From NCBI GenBank assembly GCA_963674595.2, contig CAXXFV010000006.1, positions 128,001 to 192,000 on the forward strand: a DNA stretch of 64,000 nt, written 5' to 3'. This DNA comes from a bacterium. GTDB taxonomy: Bacteria; Zhuqueibacterota; Zhuqueibacteria; Residuimicrobiales; Krinioviventaceae. This document shows, piece after piece, positions 20,092 through 29,827 of this stretch (the first letter of the stretch is position 1; every line of letters begins with the position of its first letter). A program made the position numbers and the translations under genes. Under the pieces are notes generated by a model, which did no database searches, was not told the DNA's origin, and saw nothing but the letters and a program-made list of their open reading frames with translations.

Positions 20092-23000
20092 ATGAATAAA
20101 TTGACCGAGTTTGTACACCTTCATAATCACTCACACTATAGTTTGTTAGACGGCGCATGCCGAATCAATGATCTTGTGTCCATGGCAGCAAAACATAAAA
20201 TGAAAGCATTGGCTTTAACTGACCATGGTAATATGTTTGGGGCTGCTGAATTTTATCAAAAATGTTTAAAAACCGGTATAAAACCAATTATTGGCAGTGA
20301 AGTTTATGTAGCGCCAAGAAGCCGGCTTGAAAAAAAAACTCGACCAGGTGACACGGCTACTGCCTATCATCTGGTTTTGTTATGTAAAAATGAAATCGGC
20401 TATAAAAACCTTATGAAGCTCGTTTCTCAGGGGTATATAGACGGGTTTTATTACAGGCCACGAATTGATAAAGAGCTGCTTAAACAGCATTCTAAAGGGC
20501 TTATTGCCCTCAGCGCTTGTCTTAAAGGTGAAGTTGCTCACAAATATTTAAAGCTTAATATTGACAGCGCTCGTGAAGCTTTGGATGAGTATAAGCAAAT
20601 TTTTGGTGATGATTTTTACCTTGAAGTGCAGGACCATGGTATCCCTGAAGAAGATCATGTTCGAAAAGGTATTTTTGAGCTGGCAAAAGAAAGCGGAACC
20701 AAGGTTGTTGCTACAAATGACATCCATTACCTTGAAAAATCACATCATGAAGCCCATGATGTTTTAATTTGTCTGCAAACCGGTAAAGATTATGACGATC
20801 CCAACCGAATGCGGTATACAACCCAGGAACTATATTTTAAAAGCGCTCAGGAAATGCTTGAGCTTTTCAGCGAAACTCCGGAAGTGCTTGAAAATACACT
20901 GGAAGTAGCGGACAAGTGTAATCTGTTAATGGATTTTGATACATATCATTTGCCGCATTTCAAAATTCCGGATGAAGACAATTCCAAAACGCTTGATGAA
21001 TATTTAAGAAAGCTGTCCTATCAGGGATTAGCAGAACGTTACCCGGAAATAACTCCCTATTTAAGAGAGCGGCTGGAATATGAATTAAAAATTATAAAAC
21101 AAATGGGGTATCCTGGTTATTTTTTAATTGTTTATGATTTTATTAATTATGCCAGACAGAATAACATTCCTGTAGGTCCCGGAAGAGGATCTGCCGCCGG
21201 AAGTTTGGTAGCTTATTGTCTTTATATTACCAACCTGGATCCAATTCAATATAATCTCATTTTTGAGCGTTTTTTAAATCCCGAACGTGTCAGCATGCCT
21301 GATATTGATATTGATTTTTGCTATGAACGCCGGGAAGAAGTGATTGATTATGTAAAACGTGAATACGGTTATGCAAATGTTTGTCAAATTATAACCTTTG
21401 GTACAATGGCCGCCAGGGGCGTCATTAGAGATGTTGGCCGTGTTTTGAAAATGAGTTACAGTGAAGTTGACCGAATTGCAAAATTAATTCCGGCACAGTT
21501 AAATATCAAGCTCGACGATGCAATTAAAAGTGTACCGGAACTAAAAGAGCTTGGGGAATTGGATGAACAGCACCGTAAACTTTTAACCTATTCCCGTGTT
21601 TTGGAAGGTTTGGCTCGACATGCTTCCACACATGCTGCCGGTGTTGTTATTACCCCTGAAGAGTTGACCAATTATGTTCCTCTTTATAAAACCAAAGATG
21701 ATGATATTACAACTCAATATGATATGAAAGTCCTGGAAGACGTTGGTCTTTTAAAGATGGACTTTTTGGGTTTACGGACTTTGACAGTTATTCAAAAAAC
21801 TGTTGATGCTATCCGGGCCAGAAATATTGACTTTAATATTGAAACGATTCCCCTTGACGACGCCAAAACTTTTGATCTTTTTGCAAACGCCAGAACAATC
21901 GGCGTTTTTCAGTTTGAAAGTTCGGGAATGCGTGAATACCTGAAAAAACTTGGACCAACATGTCTTGAAGATTTGATCGCTATGAATGCCCTTTATCGGC
22001 CTGGTCCGATGGATATGATTGATGATTTTATCAATCGTAAAAAAGGGCGAACGCCTATTGAATATCTGCATCCTCTTTTGGAAGATATTCTGAAAGAGAC
22101 CTATGGTATTGCGATCTATCAGGAACAGGTTATGAAAATGGCCAGCGATGTGGGCGGATTTACTCTTGGCGGCGCTGATCTTTTGCGGCGAGCTATGGGT
22201 AAGAAAAAGATCGAAATAATGATCGAGCAACGGACCATCTTTATCGAAGGTGCTGCGAAGAAAAATGTTAAAAAAGAAACCGCCAGCGCCATTTTTGACA
22301 TGATGGAAAAGTTTGCCGGATACGGTTTTAACAAATCTCATGCGGCTTGTTATTCTCTTGTCGCTTATCAAACCGGTTATTTAAAAGCCCACTATCCTGC
22401 TGAATTTATGGCGGCAACAATAAGCAGTGAAATGGGAAGCTCTAACCGGGTTACGATCCTTCTTGAAGAATGTAACCAACTGGGAATCAAAGTATTCCCG
22501 CCTGATGTCAACGAAAGTTTTGCTGATTTTATTGTTCATAACGACGGTATTCGTTTCGGACTTGGAGCCGTTAAAAATGTAGGTCGCGGTGCTATTGAAG
22601 CAATTGTTAAAGCACGCAAGAATTTTGGTAAATTTAAAACTATTTATGAACTTTGCAATGAAGTAGAGCTATCATCTGTAAATAAAAAAGTGTTTGAAAG
22701 TTTGACCGAAGCCGGTGCCATGGATAGTCTTGAAGGCACACGGGCTCAGCTTTTTAATACTGTTGAAACAGCTGTTGAATTTTCACAACGTTCAAAAGCA
22801 CATAACGCCCACGGACAAACAAGTATTTTTGACATGCAGGAAGAGACGGCCGCTATTGCAGCCCCGCCGTTGCCCGAGATTGAAGATTGGGACCAGACCG
22901 ACAAACTAAACCGTGAAAAAAATATTCTGGGTTTTTATCTTTCAGGACACCCACTTGATGATTTTCGGAACGAAATTCAAACTTTTTCAACCGTTACCCT

Positions 23001-23526
23001 GGACCATGTCAACGAATTGACGGATGGAACCGGTGTTCGAATTTGCGGTATTATTTCCGAGTTGAAAACTCATCTTGATCGAAAAAATCGGCCCATGGCC
23101 TTTTTTAAAATTGAAGATTTTACCGGGAACATTGAAGGTATTGCTTTTTCAGACGCCTATGAAAAATGCCGTGAATTATTAAAAGTTGAAGCGATGATTG
23201 TTGCATTGGGTAAAATTAATATTAAAGAAGCGGATTCTGCTAAAATCCTTGTAGACGAAATAATTTCACTGGAAGATGCACGAAACAGATTTACCAAAAG
23301 TTTATGTATAGCCCTTAATGTTTCCGTATTAACAGAAGATGTTGTTGCCCAAACAAAACAACTATTGGGTAATTTTAACGGTAATGTGCCTGTATATTTG
23401 AATATTAAAACAGGTGTTAACGGTAATTATATATTACGGGCTGATAATATTAAAGTTGATCCCTGCGTTGAACTGCTGGATCAGCTTCGTTCAAATATTG
23501 GACGAGAAAATGTTTGGGTTGGATAG
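20092..23526 (+). CDS. dnaE: DNA polymerase III alpha subunit
   Basis: FVHLHNHSHYSLLDG PHP domain, GPGRGSAAGS, MPDIDIDF, YGFNKSH; no intein. Confidence 0.98.
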   Translation: MNKLTEFVHLHNHSHYSLLDGACRINDLVSMAAKHKMKALALTDHGNMFGAAEFYQKCLKTGIKPIIGSEVYVAPRSRLEKKTRPGDTATAYHLVLLCKNEIGYKNLMKLVSQGYIDGFYYRPRIDKELLKQHSKGLIALSACLKGEVAHKYLKLNIDSAREALDEYKQIFGDDFYLEVQDHGIPEEDHVRKGIFELAKESGTKVVATNDIHYLEKSHHEAHDVLICLQTGKDYDDPNRMRYTTQELYFKSAQEMLELFSETPEVLENTLEVADKCNLLMDFDTYHLPHFKIPDEDNSKTLDEYLRKLSYQGLAERYPEITPYLRERLEYELKIIKQMGYPGYFLIVYDFINYARQNNIPVGPGRGSAAGSLVAYCLYITNLDPIQYNLIFERFLNPERVSMPDIDIDFCYERREEVIDYVKREYGYANVCQIITFGTMAARGVIRDVGRVLKMSYSEVDRIAKLIPAQLNIKLDDAIKSVPELKELGELDEQHRKLLTYSRVLEGLARHASTHAAGVVITPEELTNYVPLYKTKDDDITTQYDMKVLEDVGLLKMDFLGLRTLTVIQKTVDAIRARNIDFNIETIPLDDAKTFDLFANARTIGVFQFESSGMREYLKKLGPTCLEDLIAMNALYRPGPMDMIDDFINRKKGRTPIEYLHPLLEDILKETYGIAIYQEQVMKMASDVGGFTLGGADLLRRAMGKKKIEIMIEQRTIFIEGAAKKNVKKETASAIFDMMEKFAGYGFNKSHAACYSLVAYQTGYLKAHYPAEFMAATISSEMGSSNRVTILLEECNQLGIKVFPPDVNESFADFIVHNDGIRFGLGAVKNVGRGAIEAIVKARKNFGKFKTIYELCNEVELSSVNKKVFESLTEAGAMDSLEGTRAQLFNTVETAVEFSQRSKAHNAHGQTSIFDMQEETAAIAAPPLPEIEDWDQTDKLNREKNILGFYLSGHPLDDFRNEIQTFSTVTLDHVNELTDGTGVRICGIISELKTHLDRKNRPMAFFKIEDFTGNIEGIAFSDAYEKCRELLKVEAMIVALGKINIKEADSAKILVDEIISLEDARNRFTKSLCIALNVSVLTEDVVAQTKQLLGNFNGNVPVYLNIKTGVNGNYILRADNIKVDPCVELLDQLRSNIGRENVWVG

Positions 23527-23599
23527 TTTATTTGCATTAGACAATTTAATATATCATTCAGATAAACAAATTTGAAATTTAATCCCTTGGGAGGGAAAG

Positions 23600-24199
23600 A
23601 TGATTGAAAAACTGATTGAACGCATCAAACTCATTCTAACCACACCTAAAGAAGCGTGGCTGGAAATTTCAGCAGAGGAAAAGACCCCCAAAGATATCGT
23701 TAAAGAATATCTGATTTACATTGCCGCTATTCCTGCTGTTGCTCAATTTATTGGTTTTAGTATTATTGGAACAAATTATCCTCTTGTAGGGCATATCCGA
23801 ACTCCTTTTTTCAGTGGGCTCTTATGGGCTGTCTTTTCATATCTGCTTACATTTGTTGGTATATATCTTATTGTTTATATTATTAATGCACTTGCGCCCA
23901 GCTTTCAGGCAGAAAAAGACGATAAACAAATTTTCAAATTAATTGCTTATAGTTATACTCCTTTTGCCGTTACCGGTATTTTCAATATCATTCCTTCATT
24001 AACTATTATACATGTGTTAGGTTTTTTATATGGTCTTTATGTTTTTTATATCGGCATGCCGACTTTATTAAAATACCCTGAAGATAAAAAGCTTTCTTAT
24101 ACAATAATGTGCGGTATTATCATTATTGTTGTAACTGTGATTATGAGAGGTATTGCCAATTTTGCCTTGGGTACTGATACTCCTCACCCAATGTTTTAA
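23600..24199 (+). CDS. Yip1 family membrane protein
   Basis: ILTTPKEAW start, five TM segments, AYSYTP, LYGLYVFYIG. Confidence 0.8.
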   Translation: MIEKLIERIKLILTTPKEAWLEISAEEKTPKDIVKEYLIYIAAIPAVAQFIGFSIIGTNYPLVGHIRTPFFSGLLWAVFSYLLTFVGIYLIVYIINALAPSFQAEKDDKQIFKLIAYSYTPFAVTGIFNIIPSLTIIHVLGFLYGLYVFYIGMPTLLKYPEDKKLSYTIMCGIIIIVVTVIMRGIANFALGTDTPHPMF

Positions 24200-24217
24200 T
24201 TAAAGTTAAATTTTAGC

Positions 24218-24250
24218 GGGACATGTATAAATAAAACATGTCCCTTTATT
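24218..24250 (+). terminator. Probable intrinsic terminator
   Basis: GGGACATGT-N9-ACATGTCCC then TTTATTT. Confidence 0.6.
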
Positions 24251-24266
24251 TAATGACTCATTTAAC

Positions 24267-24557
24267 ATGCCGTTATCTTTTTTTGAATCCTATCTTATCC
24301 TGATTATAGCTTTTGTTGTCGTATTTTTTATTACCAGAGCTATAAAAAAACGGATTGAAAAATACTATTCTGAAAATGCGGGATTTTATGTATACCTGCT
24401 TCCTGCGTTATTATCAATATATTATTTTTTAGCGCTGTTAAAATCATCAAATTATCAGATTTTATATCTGATATTTTGGTCGGTAATGGGCATTTTTTAT
24501 GGGATTTTATTTTGCCGGGATTTGAGCAAAATAAAAACCACAAAAAGACATGAATAA
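24267..24557 (+). CDS. Hypothetical small membrane protein (3 TM)
   Basis: 96-aa hydrophobic ORF filling the intergenic gap; very AT-rich; no clear RBS. Confidence 0.45.
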   Translation: MPLSFFESYLILIIAFVVVFFITRAIKKRIEKYYSENAGFYVYLLPALLSIYYFLALLKSSNYQILYLIFWSVMGIFYGILFCRDLSKIKTTKRHE

Positions 24558-24634
24558 ACAGAAATATTTTAATTATTGGGTCAATGGATGTGTTGTGAAG
24601 GTGTTTGAAAGGAGACCTAATCCTCTTTTTCTCC

Positions 24635-24663
24635 TTGCATTTAAGAGAAATTTTTAATATAAT
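24635..24663 (+). promoter_or_regulatory. sigma70-type promoter for the sppA operon
   Basis: TTGCAT-17 bp-TATAAT. Confidence 0.6.
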
Positions 24664-24742
24664 GAGGGTCGTATTTTAAATGAATTGTTATGCAGAGTAT
24701 CCTCTGTATTTATCGTTTCATTTTCTTTGGAATGAGAAGTAA

Positions 24743-25633
24743 ATGGCTCGAAAGAGAGACTGGATAATAGGCGGCGTTATACTCGCCGCAATTGGTGGTT
24801 TTTTTATACTTTTTGTTGTGCTTATTTTTAGCCTGGGTTCGTCCACAGATGTCTCCATTGGCGGCTCAGGAGGAAAAATTGCCGTTATAGAACTTGATGG
24901 AGTTATTACTTCTTCAAAAAAAATTGTTCGACAGTTTATTCGGTTTAATAAAAACGATCAGGTTAAAGCCATTGTTTTTCGCATTAACAGCCCTGGCGGC
25001 GGTGTTGCAGCTTCTCAGGAAATTTATGAACATGTTAAACGGGTCCGTGACGGCGGTAAACCTGTTATTGCGTCATTAGGGACTGTCGCTGCATCAGGCG
25101 GCTATTATGTGGCACTCGGTGCAGACTCTATTATGGCGAATCCCGGGACTACCACCGGAAGTATCGGTGTTATTGCTGAAATACCCAACCTGCGCCGTTT
25201 AATGGACAAGATAGGAATATCGTTTACAATTATAAAAAGCGGAAAATTTAAAGATACGGGTTCACCCTATCGTGACATTTCCGCTGAAGAATATCAATAT
25301 TTGCAACAATGGATCGATAGCGGTTATGAGCAGTTTATAGCTGCTGTTGCCAATGAACGTCACATGGACATCAAGAGTGTTAAAAAACTTGCTGACGGAA
25401 GAGTTTATTCTGGTGAGCAGGCTTTTCAACATGGTCTTATTGACACATTAGGAACTTTTCAGGACGCCATTGACCTGGCCGCACAGGTTGCCGGAATTTC
25501 CGGTGAACCCAGAATTATCCGTGAAAGACAGGAAAAGTTGACCATTATCGATTTATTAGGAAGCGATCTGAATAAATCTTTTAACGAATTTTTGGGAACC
25601 TGGCCGCGTGTCAAGTATCAATTATCGTTTTAA
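24743..25633 (+). CDS. sppA: Signal peptide peptidase SppA (36K type, peptidase S49)
   Basis: RINSPGG, AASGGYY, TGSIGV, KSGKFKD, ADGRVYSG. Confidence 0.94.
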   Translation: MARKRDWIIGGVILAAIGGFFILFVVLIFSLGSSTDVSIGGSGGKIAVIELDGVITSSKKIVRQFIRFNKNDQVKAIVFRINSPGGGVAASQEIYEHVKRVRDGGKPVIASLGTVAASGGYYVALGADSIMANPGTTTGSIGVIAEIPNLRRLMDKIGISFTIIKSGKFKDTGSPYRDISAEEYQYLQQWIDSGYEQFIAAVANERHMDIKSVKKLADGRVYSGEQAFQHGLIDTLGTFQDAIDLAAQVAGISGEPRIIRERQEKLTIIDLLGSDLNKSFNEFLGTWPRVKYQLSF

Positions 25634-25643
25634 AGAGTGATCT

Positions 25644-25880
25644 ATGCCGATTTATGAATATAATTGTTTGCAATGTAACAAGCGGTTTGAGGAACTGGTC
25701 CGAACAAAGGCTGATGAAATGAATATGGCATGTAATACATGCGGCAGTCAACAAATAGAACGCGCTGTTTCTGTTTGCGGTTTCTCATCCAAAGACAGCC
25801 ATGGACATGTTACTGCTTCATCACATTCAGGCAATAATTGCTCGGATTGTCATTCCCATTGTTGTGAAAATTGTCACTGA
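25644..25880 (+). CDS. FmdB-family zinc ribbon protein
   Basis: MPIYEYNCLQC...CNTCGS pattern; Cys/His-rich tail. Confidence 0.85.
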   Translation: MPIYEYNCLQCNKRFEELVRTKADEMNMACNTCGSQQIERAVSVCGFSSKDSHGHVTASSHSGNNCSDCHSHCCENCH

Positions 25881-25906
25881 GTTAAAAAAATAGCAAGGTA
25901 TTTATC

Positions 25907-26191
25907 GTGACCAAATCCGATATTATACAAATTGTTTCTGAAGGAACAGGTCTTTCAAAAGTTGAAACGCAAACGGTTTTAGAAGGTTTTTTTGCCACCG
26001 TTCGATATGCTATGAAACAAAATGATCGAGTGGAAATACGTGGTTTTGGCAGTTTTAAAAAAGTCAAAAGGAATGCACGAACAGCCCGCAATCCAAAGAC
26101 CAATGAATCTGTAGAGGTGCCCGAACATGATACTGTTGTGTTTCGACCGGCAAAAACCTTAAAGGCCTTTATCAATGAAAAAAATGATTAA
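25907..26191 (+). CDS. HU/IHF family DNA-binding protein
   Basis: MTKSDII, VEIRGFGSF, ARNPKT, FRPAK. Confidence 0.93.
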   Translation: MTKSDIIQIVSEGTGLSKVETQTVLEGFFATVRYAMKQNDRVEIRGFGSFKKVKRNARTARNPKTNESVEVPEHDTVVFRPAKTLKAFINEKND

Positions 26192-26228
26192 ATTTTATAA
26201 TAATTATTAAAGATAGGAGGTGATTGCT

Positions 26229-26321
26229 TTGCCAAGTGGGAAAAAACGTAAAAGACATAAAATAGCAACTCATAAGCGCAAAAAAAGACTGAGAAAAGAC
26301 AGACATAAAAAGAAAAAGTAA
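26229..26321 (+). CDS. 30S ribosomal protein bS22-type (AURKAIP1/COX24/DUF1713) small basic protein; absent from the ORF track
   Basis: AGGAGGTG RBS, TTG start; translates to MPSGKKRKRHKIATHKRKKRLRKDRHKKKK*. Confidence 0.92.
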   Translation: MPSGKKRKRHKIATHKRKKRLRKDRHKKKK

Positions 26322-26330
26322 ATAGATTTT

Positions 26331-26359
26331 AGGGCTAAGACGAAACTCTTGGCCCTTTT
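26331..26359 (+). terminator. Intrinsic terminator after bS22
   Basis: AGGGCTAAGA-CGAAAC-TCTTGGCCCT then TTTT. Confidence 0.65.
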
Positions 26360-26389
26360 AAGTTTGCAACAATTAAATTGGGCTGGTAG

Positions 26390-27634
26390 ATGGACTTTGG
26401 TTCCCTGATACATCAAGAAGACATTTATAGTGTTTCTGAGTTAACAAATGAAATTAAAATACTGCTTGAGACAGGTATTCCTCCAGTCTGGGTCCAGGGC
26501 GAATTGTCCAACTTTGTTCATCATTCGTCCGGGCACATGTACTTTTCCTTAAAAGACCGCGATTCTCAGATAAGTTGTGTTATGTGGCGAAGCCGAAATG
26601 CCGCCATGTTTTTTACGCCCCAGGATGGGATGAAAGTAAATGCTTTGGGACAGGTACGTGTATATGAAAAACGGGGAAACTACCAACTCGATATCGTAAA
26701 AATGATGCCTTCCGGTGTGGGAGAATTACAGCTTGCTTTTGATCAGTTGAAATCCAGATTACAGGAAGAGGGACTTTTTGATCAGCAGTATAAAAAAGCA
26801 ATACCGGAATTTCCCGAAAAAATTGGTGTTATTACATCACCGACCGGCGCCGTTATTCGCGATATCGTGAATGTTGTTAACAGACGTTTTCCCGCTGTTG
26901 AGTTGATTTTAAGACCTGTTCGGGTACAGGGTGAAGGCGCCTCTTTGGAAATTGCCGAGGCTGTTCGGGAAATGAATGAATACAATAAAGTTGATGTTAT
27001 CATTATTGCCCGTGGCGGGGGATCTTTGGAGGACCTTTGGGCATTTAATGAAGAAGTAACGGCGAGAGCAGTTTTTCAATCAGAGATTCCGGTTGTGTCT
27101 GCTGTTGGCCATGAAATTGATTTTACTATTTGCGATTTTGTTGCCGACCTCAGAGCTCCAACCCCCTCTGCTGCTGCTGAACTTGTTGTGCCGGATAAAC
27201 AGGAACTACTCCAGCGAATACAGGCCATACAGGAAGGTCATTATCAAATTTTGAACAATCGTCTTGCTGCCTATGGAAAACAGCTAGAGTATTTGAATGA
27301 ACATTATGGATTCAAACGAATCAGCGACAGAATTCGGCAATATAACCAGCAAATTGATGAACTTTTATATAAAATAAACACAATAATTGTAAATAGATTG
27401 AACAATAAGCAGGAAAAGATTGTTCAACTTTTTAAAAGGCTGCAAGGTCTTCATCCTCAATCCATTTTAAAACGTGGTTTCAGCATCTGTTTTTCAGAAA
27501 AGGACGGGACAATTATTCGTGATGCATCTGATTTGGCCCCGAATGATAAAATTTCTATTGATTTTTCATCCGGTCACGCCAAAGCACAGGTTAGTGAAAT
27601 TTCAACAAAACATTTTTCAATTTTGAAAAAATAA
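26390..27634 (+). CDS. xseA: Exodeoxyribonuclease VII large subunit
   Basis: SGHMYFSLKD, ITSPTGAVIRD, RGGGSLEDLWAFN, SAVGHEIDFT, RAPTPSAAAE. Confidence 0.97.
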   Translation: MDFGSLIHQEDIYSVSELTNEIKILLETGIPPVWVQGELSNFVHHSSGHMYFSLKDRDSQISCVMWRSRNAAMFFTPQDGMKVNALGQVRVYEKRGNYQLDIVKMMPSGVGELQLAFDQLKSRLQEEGLFDQQYKKAIPEFPEKIGVITSPTGAVIRDIVNVVNRRFPAVELILRPVRVQGEGASLEIAEAVREMNEYNKVDVIIIARGGGSLEDLWAFNEEVTARAVFQSEIPVVSAVGHEIDFTICDFVADLRAPTPSAAAELVVPDKQELLQRIQAIQEGHYQILNNRLAAYGKQLEYLNEHYGFKRISDRIRQYNQQIDELLYKINTIIVNRLNNKQEKIVQLFKRLQGLHPQSILKRGFSICFSEKDGTIIRDASDLAPNDKISIDFSSGHAKAQVSEISTKHFSILKK

Positions 27635-27646
27635 GGTATAATATAT

Positions 27647-27871
27647 ATGAATAAAAAAAGTTTTGAATATGCCATGAATCGTCTTGAAGAAATTGCCGAG
27701 CAGCTCGAACAGGAAAACACCAGTCTTGAAGATTCACTTAGCTTGTTCGAAGAGGGAGCAGAACTTTACAAATTTTGCCATGAAAAACTTGAACAGGCGC
27801 AGGTAAATATAAAAACTTTGATTAAAGAGAATAATGGTTTTTCTGTTAAAGAAAGGTCATCCGAACTTTAA
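27647..27871 (+). CDS. xseB: Exodeoxyribonuclease VII small subunit
   Basis: SFEYAMNRLEEI...LEDSLSLFEEG; follows xseA. Confidence 0.93.
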   Translation: MNKKSFEYAMNRLEEIAEQLEQENTSLEDSLSLFEEGAELYKFCHEKLEQAQVNIKTLIKENNGFSVKERSSEL

Positions 27872-27898
27872 AATTTCGCTAGAAACGAGAATGATAGA

Positions 27899-29818
27899 AT
27901 GAGTGATTTATTATCGCATATTAATTCCCCTAAAGATATAAAATCGTTTGACATACCGACACTGGCACAATTATCAAAAGAACTTCGAGAATATATTATA
28001 ACAAGCATAGCCAATACCGGTGGTCATTTGGCTCCTTCTCTAGGTGTGGTGGAACTGACATTGGTTTTACACCAAATTTTTAACACACCGGAAGATAAAA
28101 TTGTGTGGGATGTTGGGCATCAGGCCTATGCTCATAAAATATTAACCGGACGGCGTGATGAGTTTAAAAACATCCGCCAAAGCGGTGGAATAAGCGGGTT
28201 CCCCAAAATTAGTGAAAGTCCCTATGATGCTTTTGGTGTCGGGCATGCCAGCACAGCCATATCCGCTGCTTTTGGCTTGGCCTGCGGCAGAGACCTGTGC
28301 GGGGAAGACCATAAAGTGATTGCCGTGGTTGGCGACGGTGCGCTTACCGGTGGACTGGCATTTGAAGGTTTGAATAATGCCGGTGCTTCTCAAAGAGATA
28401 TGATTGTTATTTTAAACGATAACAGCATGTCTATTTCACCCAATGTTGGTGCCATTTCAAAATATCTTACCAATCTTATCTCAACTCCTTTATATAACCG
28501 GATAAAAACCGAAGTATGGCAGTTGACCGGCAAGTTTTCTCACATGGGACCGCGTATTCGCTGGGCGGCCCGACGTATTGAAGAAGGATTAAAAGGATTT
28601 TTAATTCCCGGACTTATATTTGAACGTCTCGGCTTCCGTTATTTTGGTCCTGTTGACGGACACAATATTGCCGGCTTGATACATTTATTTCGGGAGGTTA
28701 AAAAATTCCATGGACCTATTCTTGTCCATGTTTTGACCAAAAAGGGTAAAGGATTTAAACCGGCGGAAAAAAATGCGTCCGTTTTTCATGGACTTGGACG
28801 GTTTGATCCCAAGACCGGTAAAGTTGTTAAAAGTACGGCTGTTCCGACCTATACCAGTTTGTTCGGCAAAACCTTTGTAGATTTGGCTACAAAAAATGAA
28901 AAACTGGTCGGTATTACGGCCGCTATGGCGCTGGGGACCGGTTTGAGTGATTTTGCTGAAAAATTTCCATCACGATTTTTTGACGTCGGTATTGCTGAAG
29001 AACATGCTGTTACTTTTGCTGCCGGCCTGGCCACCAAAGGTCTTCATCCTGTTGTTGCCGTCTATTCCAGCTTTTTGCAACGCAGTTATGATCAAATTAT
29101 TCATGATGTCGCATTACAAAAATTACCTGTAATTTTTTCTATTGATCGGGCCGGTATCGTTGGTGACGATGGCCCCACGCATCATGGCTTGTTTGATTTG
29201 GCCTATCTTAGAACCGTTCCGGATATTGTTGTGATGGCGCCAAAAGATGAAAATGAGCTTGGACAAATGCTTTGGACGGCAACGCAATATCACGATGGTC
29301 CCGTTGCCCTTCGTTATCCCAGAGGGTGTGGTGAAAATGTTGATATTTCTTCTGAATATTCGACCATCCCTATAGGAACCAGTGAGGTCCTTAGACAGGG
29401 TTCGGAAGTTGCTATTATTGCTTTGGGACCTTTGGTTTACAAAGCATTGGAAGCTGCTCAAATTTTAGCTGATATGGACGGCCTTTCTGTAAAAGTTGTT
29501 AATGCTCGTTTTTTAAAACCTGTTGATGCCGAAATGCTGCAACGGATTGCCTCACGTTTTAAAATGGTCATTACTATTGAAGAAGGTATATTAAAAGGCG
29601 GTTTTGGAAGTCAAGTCGCTGAATTTTTCTCGGATCACAATATTAACCACATTGAACTGATTAGAATGGGCATTCCGGATGAGTTTGTGGAACAGGGTGA
29701 TCGTAAATTATTGCTGGAAAAATATGGATTATGCACACAGGGAATTTTGGAAACTGTCAGAAATTCCATGTTTTATAATCAAAGAATAAAAGCCAATGTT
29801 GTTTCAATTCATAAATAA
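27899..29818 (+). CDS. dxs: 1-deoxy-D-xylulose-5-phosphate synthase
   Basis: GGHLAPSLG, WDVGHQAYAHK, GDGALTGG, DVGIAEEHAV, DGPTHHG. Confidence 0.97.
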   Translation: MSDLLSHINSPKDIKSFDIPTLAQLSKELREYIITSIANTGGHLAPSLGVVELTLVLHQIFNTPEDKIVWDVGHQAYAHKILTGRRDEFKNIRQSGGISGFPKISESPYDAFGVGHASTAISAAFGLACGRDLCGEDHKVIAVVGDGALTGGLAFEGLNNAGASQRDMIVILNDNSMSISPNVGAISKYLTNLISTPLYNRIKTEVWQLTGKFSHMGPRIRWAARRIEEGLKGFLIPGLIFERLGFRYFGPVDGHNIAGLIHLFREVKKFHGPILVHVLTKKGKGFKPAEKNASVFHGLGRFDPKTGKVVKSTAVPTYTSLFGKTFVDLATKNEKLVGITAAMALGTGLSDFAEKFPSRFFDVGIAEEHAVTFAAGLATKGLHPVVAVYSSFLQRSYDQIIHDVALQKLPVIFSIDRAGIVGDDGPTHHGLFDLAYLRTVPDIVVMAPKDENELGQMLWTATQYHDGPVALRYPRGCGENVDISSEYSTIPIGTSEVLRQGSEVAIIALGPLVYKALEAAQILADMDGLSVKVVNARFLKPVDAEMLQRIASRFKMVITIEEGILKGGFGSQVAEFFSDHNINHIELIRMGIPDEFVEQGDRKLLLEKYGLCTQGILETVRNSMFYNQRIKANVVSIHK

Positions 29819-29827
29819 ATTTTGTCT

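Noticed and set aside
25878-25910. Selenocysteine read-through of the TGA ending the Cys-rich FmdB protein
   Set aside because: The protein ends at the normal family position and there is no SECIS-like hairpin downstream.
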